From NCBI RefSeq assembly GCF_018977255.1, contig NW_024704742.1:77998001-78062000 (forward strand): a stretch of DNA of 64,000 nucleotides, read 5' to 3'. Both the position numbers and the translations under genes were made by a program. Shown here piece by piece: positions 12,884-25,566 of the stretch. Source of the DNA: Callorhinchus milii (Eukaryota). The notes beneath the pieces were generated by a model, which saw nothing but the letters and a program-made list of their open reading frames with translations, did not search any database and was not told where the DNA came from. Within the stretch, counting starts at the first letter, position 1; every line of letters starts with the position of its first letter.

Positions 12884-13398
12884 AACAACAGCAACAACAA
12901 GATTCCATTTATAGAGCGCCTTTCACGTCGGGAGGACGTCCCAAGGCGCTGTACAGTGGGTCAGGACCCGAGCAGGGGGGAAATGGTCAGGGTGGGGGGA
13001 GGGAAGGGAGGGAGCGAGGAGGGGGTAGAGAGTCGAGAGGGGAGCTGAAGGCTCGGTCAAAGAGAAAGGTCTTGAGACCGGCCTTGAAGGAGGAAAGGGA
13101 GGAGGCGGCGAAGGCACTGGGGATAGAGTTCCAGAGCCTCGGGGCTGAGAGGCTGAAGGCCCGGCCACCGATGGTAGGGCGGTTGGGGCGGGGGATGTGG
13201 AGCAGACCGGAGCCAGAGGAACGGAGGGTACGGGAAGGTACGTGGGGGGATAGTAGGTCGGAGAGGTAGGAGGGAACAAGGCCGTGAATGGCCTTGTAGG
13301 TGAGGATGAGGATCTTGAAATCGATCCTCTGGGGGATGGGGAGCCAGTGGAGGCGAGCGAGGGTGGGAGTGATGTGGTCCCGAAGCCTGGTGCGGGAC
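12884..13398 (-). mobile_element. Young L2 3' fragment with (TTG)n tail
   Basis: HITPTLARLHWLPIPQRIDFKILILTYKA-type C-terminus, CpG-rich, 3'UTR nearly identical to 14637-14853 and 29765-30140. Confidence 0.9.
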
Positions 13399-13654
13399 AG
13401 TACACAAGTACAATTTCACTGACTAGCAACAATTAGGAACATGCAGTTCAAATTTCCATTTAATAATGTTTTCTTGCTGAAGATTGCGAGGTTTGTGTAG
13501 CAAACTCAATGATCTAATTTAATGTCTAGTTGCATTTAAGTCGATTACATAAACTCAAGCCAATGGCTTGACGTACCAGGTAATATTTTGCTAGCAAAGG
13601 TAAAATCAAGGCCAATTTATGAGGCCGGCCCCAGTTTCATATTCTTAAAATGTA

Positions 13655-13862
13655 ATTATATGGAATTATATAGCATCTACAGTACAGATCAGGGCATTCA
13701 GCCCAACTTTTCCCACGCCACATGAGACTCCACCCACCAATCCACTTCCTCGGCCCACGACCTCACCGCTCTATTATTCCCTTCCCCATAATGTATGCAC
13801 AGTTTCCTCCTAAAGGCATTGATGCTTTCTGCTTCAACCACAACATCAACATTCTCACAACC
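13655..13862 (-). mobile_element. CR1-clade LINE 3' remnant
   Basis: Minus strand gives VVEAESINAFRRKL, matching the CR1 C-terminus at about 16850 (VVEANSIDAFKGKLD). Confidence 0.6.
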
Positions 13863-14636
13863 CCCAGAATAAAGAATGAGGTTAGAAAACCAGCCCATTC
13901 CAGTGATTTAACTGTGATATTGTATGTGACCTCATGTAGTCCAAACAATTCCAAGACACAATCACTTGTCATTTATACGAGGCTTGGGCTGCAATAGGAT
14001 TTTAATCAATGGTGGGGAATGAGAACTTTCTGATCTGGACTGAACAGGCTCTTTAAGACAGCTACTTGATCCAGATTATGCTTTCTTTACAAATGCCAAA
14101 AAGCAGTAAAATATGGCAATGATACTAATTTTCCCTAGTCAGTCTAACACCAGATGATTCTACAACATCTGTGTGTTATACAATGTTCACAAAAGGAAAA
14201 AAGAACGATCAAGGGTTTACCCAAGCTTGACCATTTACCAATGTGCTCCAAGACGCTACTCTGCATGAAGGCCGCTATATAAATACCTTTCCGCAACTTT
14301 CCCCAAACTAAGAGGAGAACCAGCTTTGCAATTTGTAAGATTAAGAGAAAAAACAGGATCAAGCTGTGCTGAAAACACCAGGATCAAGTGACCAAGTCTA
14401 AAGCTGCACAACAGTACTGTACAAACATCGCCAGGGCTGACTGTGCCTCGGATTCCCTCTGTTCAGGTGAGGGAATACTTCCTTTGAATAAATCTAGTGT
14501 ATCAAACATACACTTGGCAGATGGCAAGCACAGCTTCTACACCTCTTGGGACTCTGACCAAGTTTGACTTGTGCAATGTATAAAATTGAAACCAGAATTT
14601 TTATCTGGTAAATTACTATGCCAGGGTTGCAGATTA

Positions 14637-14853
14637 TAACAACAACAACAAGAAGATTCCATTTATAAAGCGCCTTTCACGTCAGGAGGACGTCCCAAGG
14701 CACTGCACAGTTGGGTCAGGACCCGAGCAGGGGGGAAATGGTCAGGGTGAGGGGAGGGAAGGGAGGGAGCGAGGAGGGGGAAGAGAGTCGAGAGGGGAGC
14801 TGAAGGCTCGGTCAAAGAGAAAGGTTTTGAGACCGGCCTTGAAGGAGGAGAGG
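14637..14853 (-). mobile_element. Young L2 3' end
   Basis: Nearly identical to 12884-13100; (TTG)n tail. Confidence 0.9.
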
Positions 14854-15104
14854 GAATCCCTTATCAAGGCGAACACATGCACCACATTTTATAATGTGCC
14901 AAGAATGCTTCATCTTCCTGAACTAATAACATCTATCAGATTCCCCCTGCATTTTGCAGTCAAGCAAATAATATTCAAGTCATCAATTTCCTTTGCTCTC
15001 CATGAAACTTGTTTTTTTTGGACCAATTTGATTTATGGAATAATTCTGACAAAAGAAATGTTTAGGCATTTGAGAGCAGCAGGATTTACTAACAAAGTTG
15101 GAAT

Positions 15105-15296
15105 CAGTGAGGGAGTGCCCCGAAATAAAATTGGTTATTCATGTCATGGCTATCTGTTGGATGTTGCTGTGTGCAAATTGGCTGCCGTGTTCGTCTAAAA
15201 AATACACAATTGCTACAATTTACAGTGAATCCTGTGAAGCACTTTGAGATGTTATCCTGATGTGAAAGGTGCTATATCAAATGCAAGGATTATTAG
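15105..15296 (+). mobile_element. SINE core and tail
   Basis: gctgtgtgcaaattggctgccg...tgtgaagcactttgagatg...atatcaaatgcaaggattatta. Confidence 0.75.
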
Positions 15297-15708
15297 GGTA
15301 ATTTTGGTTAACAGTTTTCCCTTTAGGAGTCTCTGTCTGCCTCAAAAAAGAGTTACGTTGTATTACTGGTCGCAAGTTTACAACTTGCCAGTGGATCAAT
15401 TTGAGTTTCTCACTCAAATACTTCTGCTGCCAAATTCCACTGCATTGGGACAAACCTAGTCCAACTTCTGGGAGATGTAGTGAACGCACTAGCTGTCTTT
15501 AATTCAGTCTATCTAGTGAAAATTTCACGCACAAGGTTTGTCAAGGGGACCATGCAACATCAGGTGCCAGTGTGCATGCCATCATCCTGGATTCAACACA
15601 CAGCACCTGCGGCTAATACCACAGCAACACAAGATTTGTGTTGGCCAAGATCTTGCAGCAGTTTCCGTGTGTCTGAAGCACTGTAAAAACAGACTAAAAT
15701 GAACTTCT

Positions 15709-16009
15709 ATAATAATAATCCTTGCATTTGATATAGCGCTTTTCACGTCTCAAAGCGCTTCACAGAATAGACTGTAAAATGAATTGACTGTATATTTGTG
15801 GGCGAAACGCGACAGCCAATTGCGCACAGCAATGTCCCACAAACAGTCGTGGATTGAAAATGATCAATTTATTACTGTTTTGTTTTGGAGGGATTATTAT
15901 CAGGTATGTGGAGTAAGGAAACTTGCCCAAGGTTTCACCCTGCCTGGAATTGAACCCAGGTGTCTCGCTTGCAAGGCAAGTGCTCTACCACTGAGCTACA
16001 GGACTCCAC
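15709..16009 (-). mobile_element. Short tRNA-Ala-like SINE, full length
   Basis: Collinear with 2653-2962; the tail stem-loop is partly deleted (ttttcacgtctcaaag). Confidence 0.9.
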
Positions 16010-16467
16010 ATCCAGCTGCATCTACTACATCTACTGCAGAAAGATATTGAATGAGGGCCGAGTGACTCACTGACAGAACAGAAATTGTAGGTACAATCAG
16101 ATTGTGGCCATACTTTCACTGCTCAATCTTACTCTAGACTTGGATTTAATCCAAAAATAGAGACTCTTGGATTAAATCCAAATTCAGAGTTGTTCCACTT
16201 TCAATACCGGAATAAACACAAAGCATTAAGAGTCTGGCAACATAAAAGACTTGCAATGTCAGATAGAAACGGTCATGCAACATATGTGGAATCTCGTGAT
16301 TTAGGAATGTGCATACTGCCCTTTCAGCTTTGTGACAAGTTTGAATTCTTGTGACCAGTTTGACTGGCTGATGGGATCAACGCCTACATTAAGGACTGAG
16401 CTAAATTCTGAGAAAGTACATTACTCTGAAGTCTACAAATACGCTGTTCTAATTCTAAGTAGGCAAA

Positions 16468-17046
16468 TCAGGGTACGAAGTGGTGTTCTGCAAGGATTGG
16501 TATTGGGACCACTGTTGTTCACAATTTACATTAACGATTTGGACTCGGGGATCGAAAGTACAATTTCAAAATTTGCGGACACCACCAAACTGGGGGGTGT
16601 AGTTAATACTGAGGAGAACTGCAACAAATTATAAGACATTAATAATCTTGCTGAATGGGCATTTCATTGGCAAATTAATTTCAATAGAGATAAGTGTGAG
16701 GTGGTACATTTTGGCAGGAGGAATAAGGAAGTCACATACTGCCTGGGAAATAAGAATTTAAATGGGGTAGATGAGCAAAAGGATCAAGGAGTCAGAAGAA
16801 ACTTCTTTACCCAGTGAGTGGTGGGAATGTGGAACTCGCTACCACAAGGAGTAGTTGAGGCGAACAGCATAGATGCATTTAAGGGGAAGCTAGATAGGTA
16901 CATGTGGGAGAAAGGATTAGAAAGTTACGCTGATAGGCTTAGTTGAGGAAGGGCAGGAGGCGGCTCATGTGGAGCATAAATGCTGCCATAGACCAGTTGG
17001 GCCAAGTCGCCTGTTCTGTGCTGTATATTCTTATGTAATTCTATGT
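16468..17046 (+). mobile_element. CR1-clade LINE 3' fragment with internal deletion
   Basis: SGVLQGLVLGPLLFTIYINDLDSGIESTISKFADTTKLGG (RT), then WNSLPQGVVEANSIDAFKGKLD and tail attcttatgtaattctatgt. Confidence 0.9.
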
Positions 17047-17374
17047 GAAAAAAGATGGCTTAAATGGATATAAGAAACCACTTTCGGGCATACTGTTGTT
17101 CCAGGATTATAACAAAAAAGCGACAACAAAAGAAATGTTATAGGAGTTGCAAGGTATGAGTAACCCACCGTATCCGTTTACAAGACCTGTAGCATTACGG
17201 CATTTATTATACTGTACATTTATATTCGCTTTCTCGATCCAGCACTAAACAAAAGTTAGTACAAATCCAGTTTAAAGAGCATTAACTCTGAGTCGTGTTC
17301 CAAAAGAAAAATTCATATATTGCTGACAATAGAAATCTATAAACTAAATTTATTATTATTACAGTTGTATCATT

Positions 17375-17615
17375 GTAGGTGTCGTTCTTCCCACAAGACG
17401 TTAAACCAAAGGCCCATCTGCCTGGTTCAGTTGAACAGTAAAGATCCCATGACACTATTCAAAAACAGAAGGCTAACAATCCTGCAGATAAAATTGGGCA
17501 TTGTTCTGTGCAAATTGGTTGCCACATTTGCTTACGATATACACAGTCATTACATTTTGTTGTGGATCATCTGAAGCACTTTGAGACATCATCCTGTTGT
17601 GAAAGGCACTAGTAC
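17375..17615 (+). mobile_element. Long Deu-like SINE fragment
   Basis: gacgttaaaccaaaggcccatctgcc...taaagatcccatgacactattc...gtgcaaattggttgcc. Confidence 0.7.
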
Positions 17616-18106
17616 ATCAAGTTAAGAGGAATATTATATCACTAAACCTTCCAGAATACCCACACTAATGTATCAAGTACCCACTCACTATTACAAAATC
17701 AAGCCGTTTCTTAAATAAGTCCAATGCCCAGGCCTGTATCAGGGGCAGGGAGTCATCCCACTCAGCTCCTAGCTGGCCAAGCAGCGGGAAAGCTTGCTCG
17801 ACAGTAAAATCAATGGCAAGCTATGAGGTTTTAGCTGGTTAGGCTCCAGAAGTACATCATCAAACACATTCTGGGGTCCCCTAGATCAAAAGGCCTGTAT
17901 GACACCACCCTTCCTGGTTTAAACCTTCCTGGTTTAAGCGCTTTGAGACTCTACCCTGCATGGAGGGTGCTATGTAAGTGCAAGTTGTTGTTAAATAAAT
18001 ACTTATTTCTGTTATGAAGTTGCCTTCTTGTTCTCTTACAGTTGTGAAAGGTCTTAAAAATTGGGCACAAATTAAAATACTATATGACAATTATAAACAC
18101 ACGTAC

Positions 18107-18352
18107 ACCCAGAGCTGCCACCAATATCAAGCGCCTCGCTAGAGTGCAAGTCTGCTAATAACGCAGATGTTCTGTGGTTAACGGAAGCCCCGTACCCTTT
18201 CAGATTCAAGTGCGAACTGGCCGACTTCCTGCAGCTTCTCATACAAGCCAACTGAGACCACTCTCGTGAGTATTTCCAGTGCTGGAAACAAGAGTTGTCA
18301 AGGCTGACTAACCAGCTTCTTGCCCATTGTGCAGGAAGCAAGTAGGACTACC
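18107..18352 (-). other. Candidate internal exon (alternative boundaries 18196 and 18281), product unknown
   Basis: Non-repeat patch with many CpGs. Acceptors ctgacttcgctttcag|G (18352) and cttgacaactcttgtttccag|C (18281); donors AGG|GTACGG (18196) and GGT|GTACGT (18107). No recognisable homology. Confidence 0.3.
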
Positions 18353-19029
18353 CTGAAAGCGAAGTCAGCAATGACTTGCTAGCAGGATATATACATATAA
18401 TATATATTTATATATAAAATAAAGAAAGCAGCTGGGCAGTGTGGCACTATAGTGACAGTAAAACTCCTGGTGTGCAAAGTTTTTGCTTGCTACTATAGCC
18501 ATGTTGTTTTGGGCAATTTCCATACAGTTTTCATATTCACAATGGGGCTGGTCCCAATTAGTGTAAATAACAGGCTCCCGACTGTAAACCAGGATTCACT
18601 CAGCATAGGAATAAATAGGAAAGGGATTATTATTTTCTCATTCTAAGTAATCACTTCAGAATTTACATTTCCAAACTTACAACCCATTTTTGTCACCAAA
18701 CTGAACCCAGCATTCCAAATGAATTCTACAACAACTTGCATTGCATTTCACGCCAGATGGTGTCTTGGAGTGCTTATCTAAGTAACACTCTGTTTTCCTG
18801 GAGAAATGCTTCTTTGCTTTTCAATATCTGGTTATGAAACACAAAATCATATTAGTGCAGGCTTTAAAGAATGCTTTCTGCACCTACAAACTAAGTTCTA
18901 ATGACTTATGGACTTGTGACTCCCAATTCCAGCCTGGTGCTTCTCCATTCAGAACATACAGTAGAACCTCACTAATCCGGTCTCTCAAGTGACTGGGCAA
19001 GTGATCTACTTAGTGAGGTGACCTCACCA

Positions 19030-20130
19030 AGGTGGGTAATTGGAGTGAGGTACAGATCAGCTATGATCTAATAGGATGGCAGGACAGGCTTGAGGGGCTG
19101 AATGGCCTAATCCTGTTTTTTCAAGGTACATCTCAAAACATAGCTTTTTGACCACGCTTTCGATCATCTTTCCCTCCCCACCACTTGGCTCCCAATCTCG
19201 GCTCTGGTGCCCAGAGAGAATTATCAGATACTTTGTGACGTCCTCCGACATAAAAGGCACTATATAAGTGTAAATTGTTTCTACCACCTGCAGTTTGGTT
19301 TGAGCAGTTTCCAGCTGTTTCCCTATGCTGACTCTTCAGTAAGTTTCTCTTGGTCCTCATCAGGATTGTCTCATGAAGCGCTGACTATTTTAAGCACCCA
19401 CTTCTTTGTTGAAAAGCTGTTAGTCAGTCAGAAAGAGGAAGCATAGATACTGGTTAAGGTAGCTGGTCATAGATCTAATAGGCATTTTAGGAGCAATTTC
19501 TTCACTTAGAAGGCAGTGAGAATGTGAAACTCATTGCTAGAAGCTGTAGTTGAATTAAAAAGCATCAACATAGTTAAGAAGAAAAACTTGACGCATACAG
19601 CAACAACCACAAAATTACATTTGTATTGTGCCTTTCACGTCGGGAGGACGTCCATACATGCAGGAGAAAAAAATAGTAGGGCCTAGGAGAGAGGACTAGG
19701 AGGGTGGGGGCTAATATAAACACTGAAACAGAGAAGTTGGACCGAATGGCTGATTTCCTTGCTGAATCATTCTGTATAATTTATCATGCAACACTCCACC
19801 TGCTATAGCTCTACTACTCACAATCTATCCACGACTCTTTGATATTTTCAACACCTCCAAATTCAGTGTCATCAGCAAACTTGGAAATAATCCCCCTTAG
19901 TCATGTATCTAAGTTATTCATACAAGCAGTAAAAGTCTGCAGAAACCACTCGTCAATGTTCACAAATCAGAGAATTTCCCTCTTATCCTAACCATTCGCT
20001 TCCAAATCAATTGCCTATTCCTTCCGACAATTCATATAAAATTCCAAGCATCACTCCTCTTTTGTCTATCACTTCAATAGTTCTGTCAAAGAACTCTCAT
20101 TACTCTTCCCCTGATTTGCGCATGTTAATC
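19030..20130. mobile_element. Cluster of decayed CR1 and L2 3' fragments on both strands
   Basis: CR1 tail ggcttgaggggctgaatggcct at about 19087; L2 tail at about 19130-19280; CR1 at about 19470-19780 with an L2 tail at 19600-19652; minus-strand CR1 RT (ISKFADDT) at about 19865-19890. Confidence 0.65.
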
Positions 20131-20929
20131 TGATGGTAGTCTGTTAGAGGAACTAGAATAGGCAATATTACCAACACATTGGACAATACTTAATTAATTA
20201 GTTTTTCCTGTCTCACCTTTAACAAAAGCAATTTGAGGGGACGGTAAGAGTGTGTGGGCAATCAATCTCTTGCAACACAGAAAAAGGCAGAAGACCTCAT
20301 CATGTATTTCACGAATGCTAATGATGCTGTAACTATGCCATGTATTTTGGATTGCTGACAAGAATTCTGCAATGTATCAAAAACATAGTCGGACTTCCCC
20401 ATTTGAATGTTCCAGTACAAAATGGGTTGCAAAATATTTCCATTTTCTCCTCCAAATTAACAATACAGTGGCTTGAAGTACTACCTGTTCTCTTACCTCT
20501 GATGTGGATAAATTCAAACACATTAATTATTTTATCTTTATGTTTGAAACATTACTTTCCCTAGAAAGCACACTCAGCAGAAGCAGCAGCTGACATGATG
20601 AGGTTATTAGTTTCATAACTTAAAAAGTTGGAAACTCCCCTGATATTGCAGAGGAAATAGACTTAAAATTAAATAGATGAGTGTTAATTTCAGTATACAT
20701 TGTACAGAAAACGAACTAAAGTTAACCCTTTGTAGCAAACTTGGCTAAACTGTTTGTACAGACACAAAGCAAGCTGTTAGCAATACAATTAACGACTATT
20801 TAGGCGATTCACAAAAAAAAACTTCTCTCCCTGCACACAATAAATCCAAGTTTTCTAATGGAATTAGCAAATTAGGCTCATCTATAAATCACCTACTTAT
20901 ATACCAGTTGTTAATTACCCTCTGGGTGG

Positions 20930-21243
20930 TAATAATAATAATAATCCATGCATTTGATATAGCGCTTTTCACATCTTCTAGACGTCTCAAAGCACTTCAC
21001 AGAATAGACTGTAAAGTGAATTGACTGTATATTTGTGGGTGAAACGCGGCAGCCAATCGCGCACAGCAGCGTCCTACAAACAGTCGTGGATTGAAAATGA
21101 CCAATTTATTATTGTTTTGGAGGGATTATTATTAGGTGTGTGGAGGAAGGAAACTTGCCCAAGGTTTCGCCCTGTGCCTGGAATTGAACTCAGGTCTCTC
21201 ACTTGCAAAGCGAGTGCTCTAACCACTGAGCTACAGGACTCCA
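20930..21243 (-). mobile_element. Short tRNA-Ala-like SINE, full length
   Basis: Collinear with 2653-2962 and 15709-16009. Confidence 0.9.
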
Positions 21244-21292
21244 CAAAGCTTTACCAGGAAGGGTAAAGAAAACCTTCCTGGTGTCTGTCAAT

Positions 21293-21845
21293 GACAACAA
21301 CAACAAAATTACATTTGTATAGCGCCTTTCACTTCAGGAGGACGTCCCAAGTCGCTGGACAGACAGAGTTATGGACCCGAGCTGGGGGTCTGGGTCGGGA
21401 AGGGTGGAAGGCGGGGGGGGGGGGGTAAGCCGGGAGATCGAAAGCACGATCGAAGAGGAGGGTTTTGAGGTGGGTTTTTAAGGAGGCAAGGGAGGGGGGC
21501 GAGACGGAGGGACTGCGGGATGGAGTTCCAGAGGGTGGGTGCAGAGCGGGGGAGTGGTGCTTAAGCAAATAGGATAAGTAGGGAGGTGTGACAGCATGAA
21601 GGGATTTGTAAATGAGTGTAGATGATCTTGAAATCAATCCATTTGGTAATTGGGAGCCAATGGAGCCTGATAATGACTGATGTGACTGGAGTACAGGTGA
21701 CTCTTGGGCAGCGAAGTTTGGGATTAATTATATTTTGTGTATGGTGGAGCTGGGGAGACCAGCGAGGAGGGCATTGGAATAGTCCAGCCGGAAATCGCCG
21801 AAGGCGTGGATGAGGGTTTCGGCTACATCGGTTATGAGGTAAGGA
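21293..21845 (-). mobile_element. L2 3' fragment
   Basis: (TTG)n tail; LHWLPITKWIDFKII and LKTLLFDRAF. Confidence 0.85.
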
Positions 21846-23639
21846 TGGAGGTGAACAATGTGTCCTGAAATTACCCGTTACTACACTGAACTCTGTTATT
21901 TTCACTTGGCATATCTCAAATATTGGTTCTCAAGCCATCTGAATGTTGTACTCAATACTTAACTTGACAATTTGATGATGATCATCAGCATCATGGGTTA
22001 CCAATAATGAACATATAAACCATAACAAAAAAGAGCATCCTATAAACACTCACAAGATTGCTTTGGCACGCAAACAGACTGAACTGATCCAGGGTTTCGG
22101 ATGATGGTTACAAAAGTGCCTGAGATTTGTGCTATGGTCTGATAACCCCACCAGCTAACTCCCTCAAATACAGGAGTACGATTTTTCCACAGGCAACACA
22201 CACTGTTTCATGGAGAGATCCTCCTGGCTTGGTGGGATGGCCATAATTGAAAGGAAAAGGCCTATCTTCACTACCCCAGCTGAGCCTAACACCTCTGATT
22301 TCACATCTTATGGTGCACATTCTTGACACAACAACTTGCAATTATATAGTGCCCTTCATGTGGGTAGTCTCAGAGCGCAAAACAGTGGCGTTGACTGCCC
22401 CTGAACCAGGGAACAAGAGGAGGTGACCATAGGCTCGGTCAAAGTGGAAGGTCTTCAGGTATGATCTGAAGCTGGACAAAGAACAGGCAAAGCAGATTGA
22501 GGCAAAGAGCTCCACAGTACATTTATGTGGAATTCAATCTAGTTTGGATACTTTTGAGCATGTGTCTGACACCCAGCTGACCAACAAAAAAAGATGTTAC
22601 GAATAAGATCAATCCAGTTTGCATTGTGGGCCGAGCGTTGTGCAGGAAATAACATGTATGATTATCCTTGCTGATCATTGGCAAATAAAAAGGAAACTGG
22701 AACCAGAAGGTTATGATTCATACAGCCAGAACTGAAAGCGTTTGTAAAATAGAGAAATTCCTTTGTGACTACACTACGTGTGTTCTACCACAAAGACTGC
22801 AGAGAAATTCCTGTTACTACTTGCACGCATTTACACCATAAAGTCTTTCTAAAACAAGATTCACTGTGTGAAAGTTTCAAGAGAACCTGAAAAAAATAAA
22901 AATCACATGGTACCAAAGGAAATGACATCTTCAGACCCTCAATGAAACAATGTGCTGTGAACGGAAAAGGTTTTGTAGTATCTGCCTCTGTCACAATATT
23001 CTGCATTTAACTTGTACTGACCCAAGACATAAAGCAACTGGTGATTGCCATCGTCAGTCAGACCAAAGGATTTTTTTCTGCAACAGTTTCATTGAACTTC
23101 TAGAAAAGCTTTTATCAAAACAATACCAGAGTCTTAAACAGTCTTTCAATACCAATGTCATTCTGAATGTCCTCAAATAGATTCATTGCATTGTAAACAC
23201 TTGTAAGATTACAAAATTAAACAGCACTGTACAGTTCCTTCTAGAGGGATGCCGTGCACATTGACTAGAACAATGATTAACACACAGGAAGCAGATTTCA
23301 AAAATCAAGTAAGATGTGAAACACTTTTGCAGCAGCTACCGTTCCCCATTACTGTAAATATTGGAACTGTTCACTCACTAAAGTTCACCAGTCTTCTACC
23401 AGAGCTGAGCTAAACCAAGGACTGGTAATCTCCTCCTCCTGCAAAGTTGAAATAAACCAAAAAACCTGAACTTGCCTTGTTAAGCAGCAGCATCGACCGA
23501 GTGCCTACCCGCCATAGTCACAAGAGCTCTGTGGGATTTCCCTAGTTTATTCTCGTGGCCTTACACACCACTTCAAACAACAACTACACTGACACTACAG
23601 TGACAGACATTCATATATAATGTCCATGAACCTTCACAG

Positions 23640-23866
23640 GAGGTTTAAAGAAATACACCTGTTTCTCCTGGTGTCCTGGCCAACAATCCTGCAAATAAAA
23701 TTGGTCACTCACTCTATGGTTGTTTGTGGGGCATTGCTGTGCACATAATTGGCTGCTGCATTCTCCCACAAAATATACATAGTCACTCTTCTGTACAGTA
23801 TATCCTATGAAGCACTTTGAGACTTCGACAATGTGCTAAGGTATTATATCAAATGCAAGGATTATA
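23640..23866 (+). mobile_element. Deu-like SINE core and tail
   Basis: ctcctggtgtcctggccaacaatcc...gtttgtggggcattgctgtgc...atatcaaatgcaaggatta. Confidence 0.8.
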
Positions 23867-24849
23867 AAAGAAGCAGCTGCCCACCAAATGAAGGGATAGT
23901 TTGTGGAACTGGCTGGTGACGTACCAATGGACAGTAAAGTCCTTCTCTAGAGACGGGAGACAGCATTTCATTCCCCTCCACGGACACATGAAAATGTTCA
24001 GCACTAAAGGTGCTATTTGAACCATCGCGTTTGTGCCTTTCTTTATCGAAGCGGTCTTTTTTAAAAAAAAAATTCACAATCTCCAACTTCGCCCCACTCC
24101 ATTTCCTTTGAGCTTTGTGCTGCTCAGGTGTTTACCCACCTTTGAACAATTCTATTTAATCCAACCTCAATAGACACTTGTGGTAATGAATTCCAACCTC
24201 CAAAACCCCGAGTGAAGAAATTCCTCCTACACTGATGGTTCTGCTACCAATTCTGAGACTATACCCCTCATCACTATTTCTCCAATTAAAGGAAGACGTT
24301 TTCCCCATTTATCTAGTTCTGTCCCTTCTGAATCTCAAGGATCCCTCTCATAACCCCTTTGCCACACCAGAAAAAAATCCCAATTTTGCCAGCCTCGCTT
24401 CATACAGAATATCTTCATTACTTTAAGTGCCACCAAAGGAGGTAGAACATACGTAGCAACCATAAACAAATTAGGCTATGTTCATTCTGTGAGTGTTTCA
24501 GAGATGCTTCACTCAATATTGCCTCAAGTAAATAATTTAAAATTTAAATGAGCTGCCAGCACAAAGCCTGACGCCATCCTATGTTTTAAAAACAATTTCA
24601 ATGACTCATCATGGAAAAAAATTGCATACATATTAACCAGTTTCAATTGGGGAGTTGGCGATTTACTTTATAAGGATTGTTTGGCATTTTAAACGTAATT
24701 CAGCTTTCAATTCAATGCTAGCAAAGCCTTTATCACCTATATTGGATTTGTCACGCAACCAACATGTCCTGGAAAACCTGTGACTCTTTGAACACCGTTG
24801 CAATAAGAGGGTAGGAAAATAAAGTTTGAATTCACATTGGAGTTCAATA

Positions 24850-25566
24850 TGGAACCTCAGCGTCCTGTTCGACCCTCAACTGTCCTTCATCCCTCACAAC
24901 CGTGCCACGACCCGCTCTGCCTTTCCCCACCTCCGCAACATTGCCGGCTCTGCCACTGTCTCTCATCACAGGTCACTGAGACCCTCATCCATGCATTCAT
25001 CACATCCAGGCTCCACTATGCAAACTCCTTGCTTGTCGGCCTCCCCAACTGCTCCCTCCACCGGCTGCAGATCATCCAGAACTCTGCAGCCCATGTCCTC
25101 TACCGCACCAGGATCCACAACCCTATCACCCCCATCCTCTCCCGGCTCCACTGGCTCCCCATCACTCAGAGAATACAGTTCAAGATCCTGGTCCACACCT
25201 TCAAAGTCCTTCACAGCCTTTCTCCTCCCTACCTCTGTGACCCCTAATCAACCTGTCTGCTCCCTCCGCTCAGCGGGCTCCGGACTACTTCACGTCCCCT
25301 GCCTTGCCTGCCCTGCCATTGGTGGGCGGGGGCTTTTAGCCAGTCCGCCCCCATATTCTGGAACTCCATCCCACAGTATCTCCGCCTCGCCGCCTCCCTT
25401 GCCTCCTTCAAGACCCATCTCGAGACCCTACTCTTTGACCATGCCTTTTGTCACCCTCCTACCCCTCCCCTCCCCCAACCCCCAGCTCGGGTGCAGATCC
25501 CTGACTATCCAGCGCCTTGGGACTCCTGATGTGAAAGGTGCTGTACAAACGTAGTTTGTTGTTGTT
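24850..25566 (+). mobile_element. L2 3' fragment
   Basis: TETLIHAFITSRLHYANSLLVGLP..LHRLQIIQNSAA..LHWLPITQRIQFKIL; tail gtgaaaggtgctgtacaaacgtagtttgttgttgttg. Confidence 0.9.

Noticed and set aside
21253..21282. 10-bp perfect inverted repeat accaggaagg/ccttcctggt (similar short ones at about 3945-3989 and 10513-10578)
   Set aside because: Too short to distinguish from chance or repeat debris in a window of this size.
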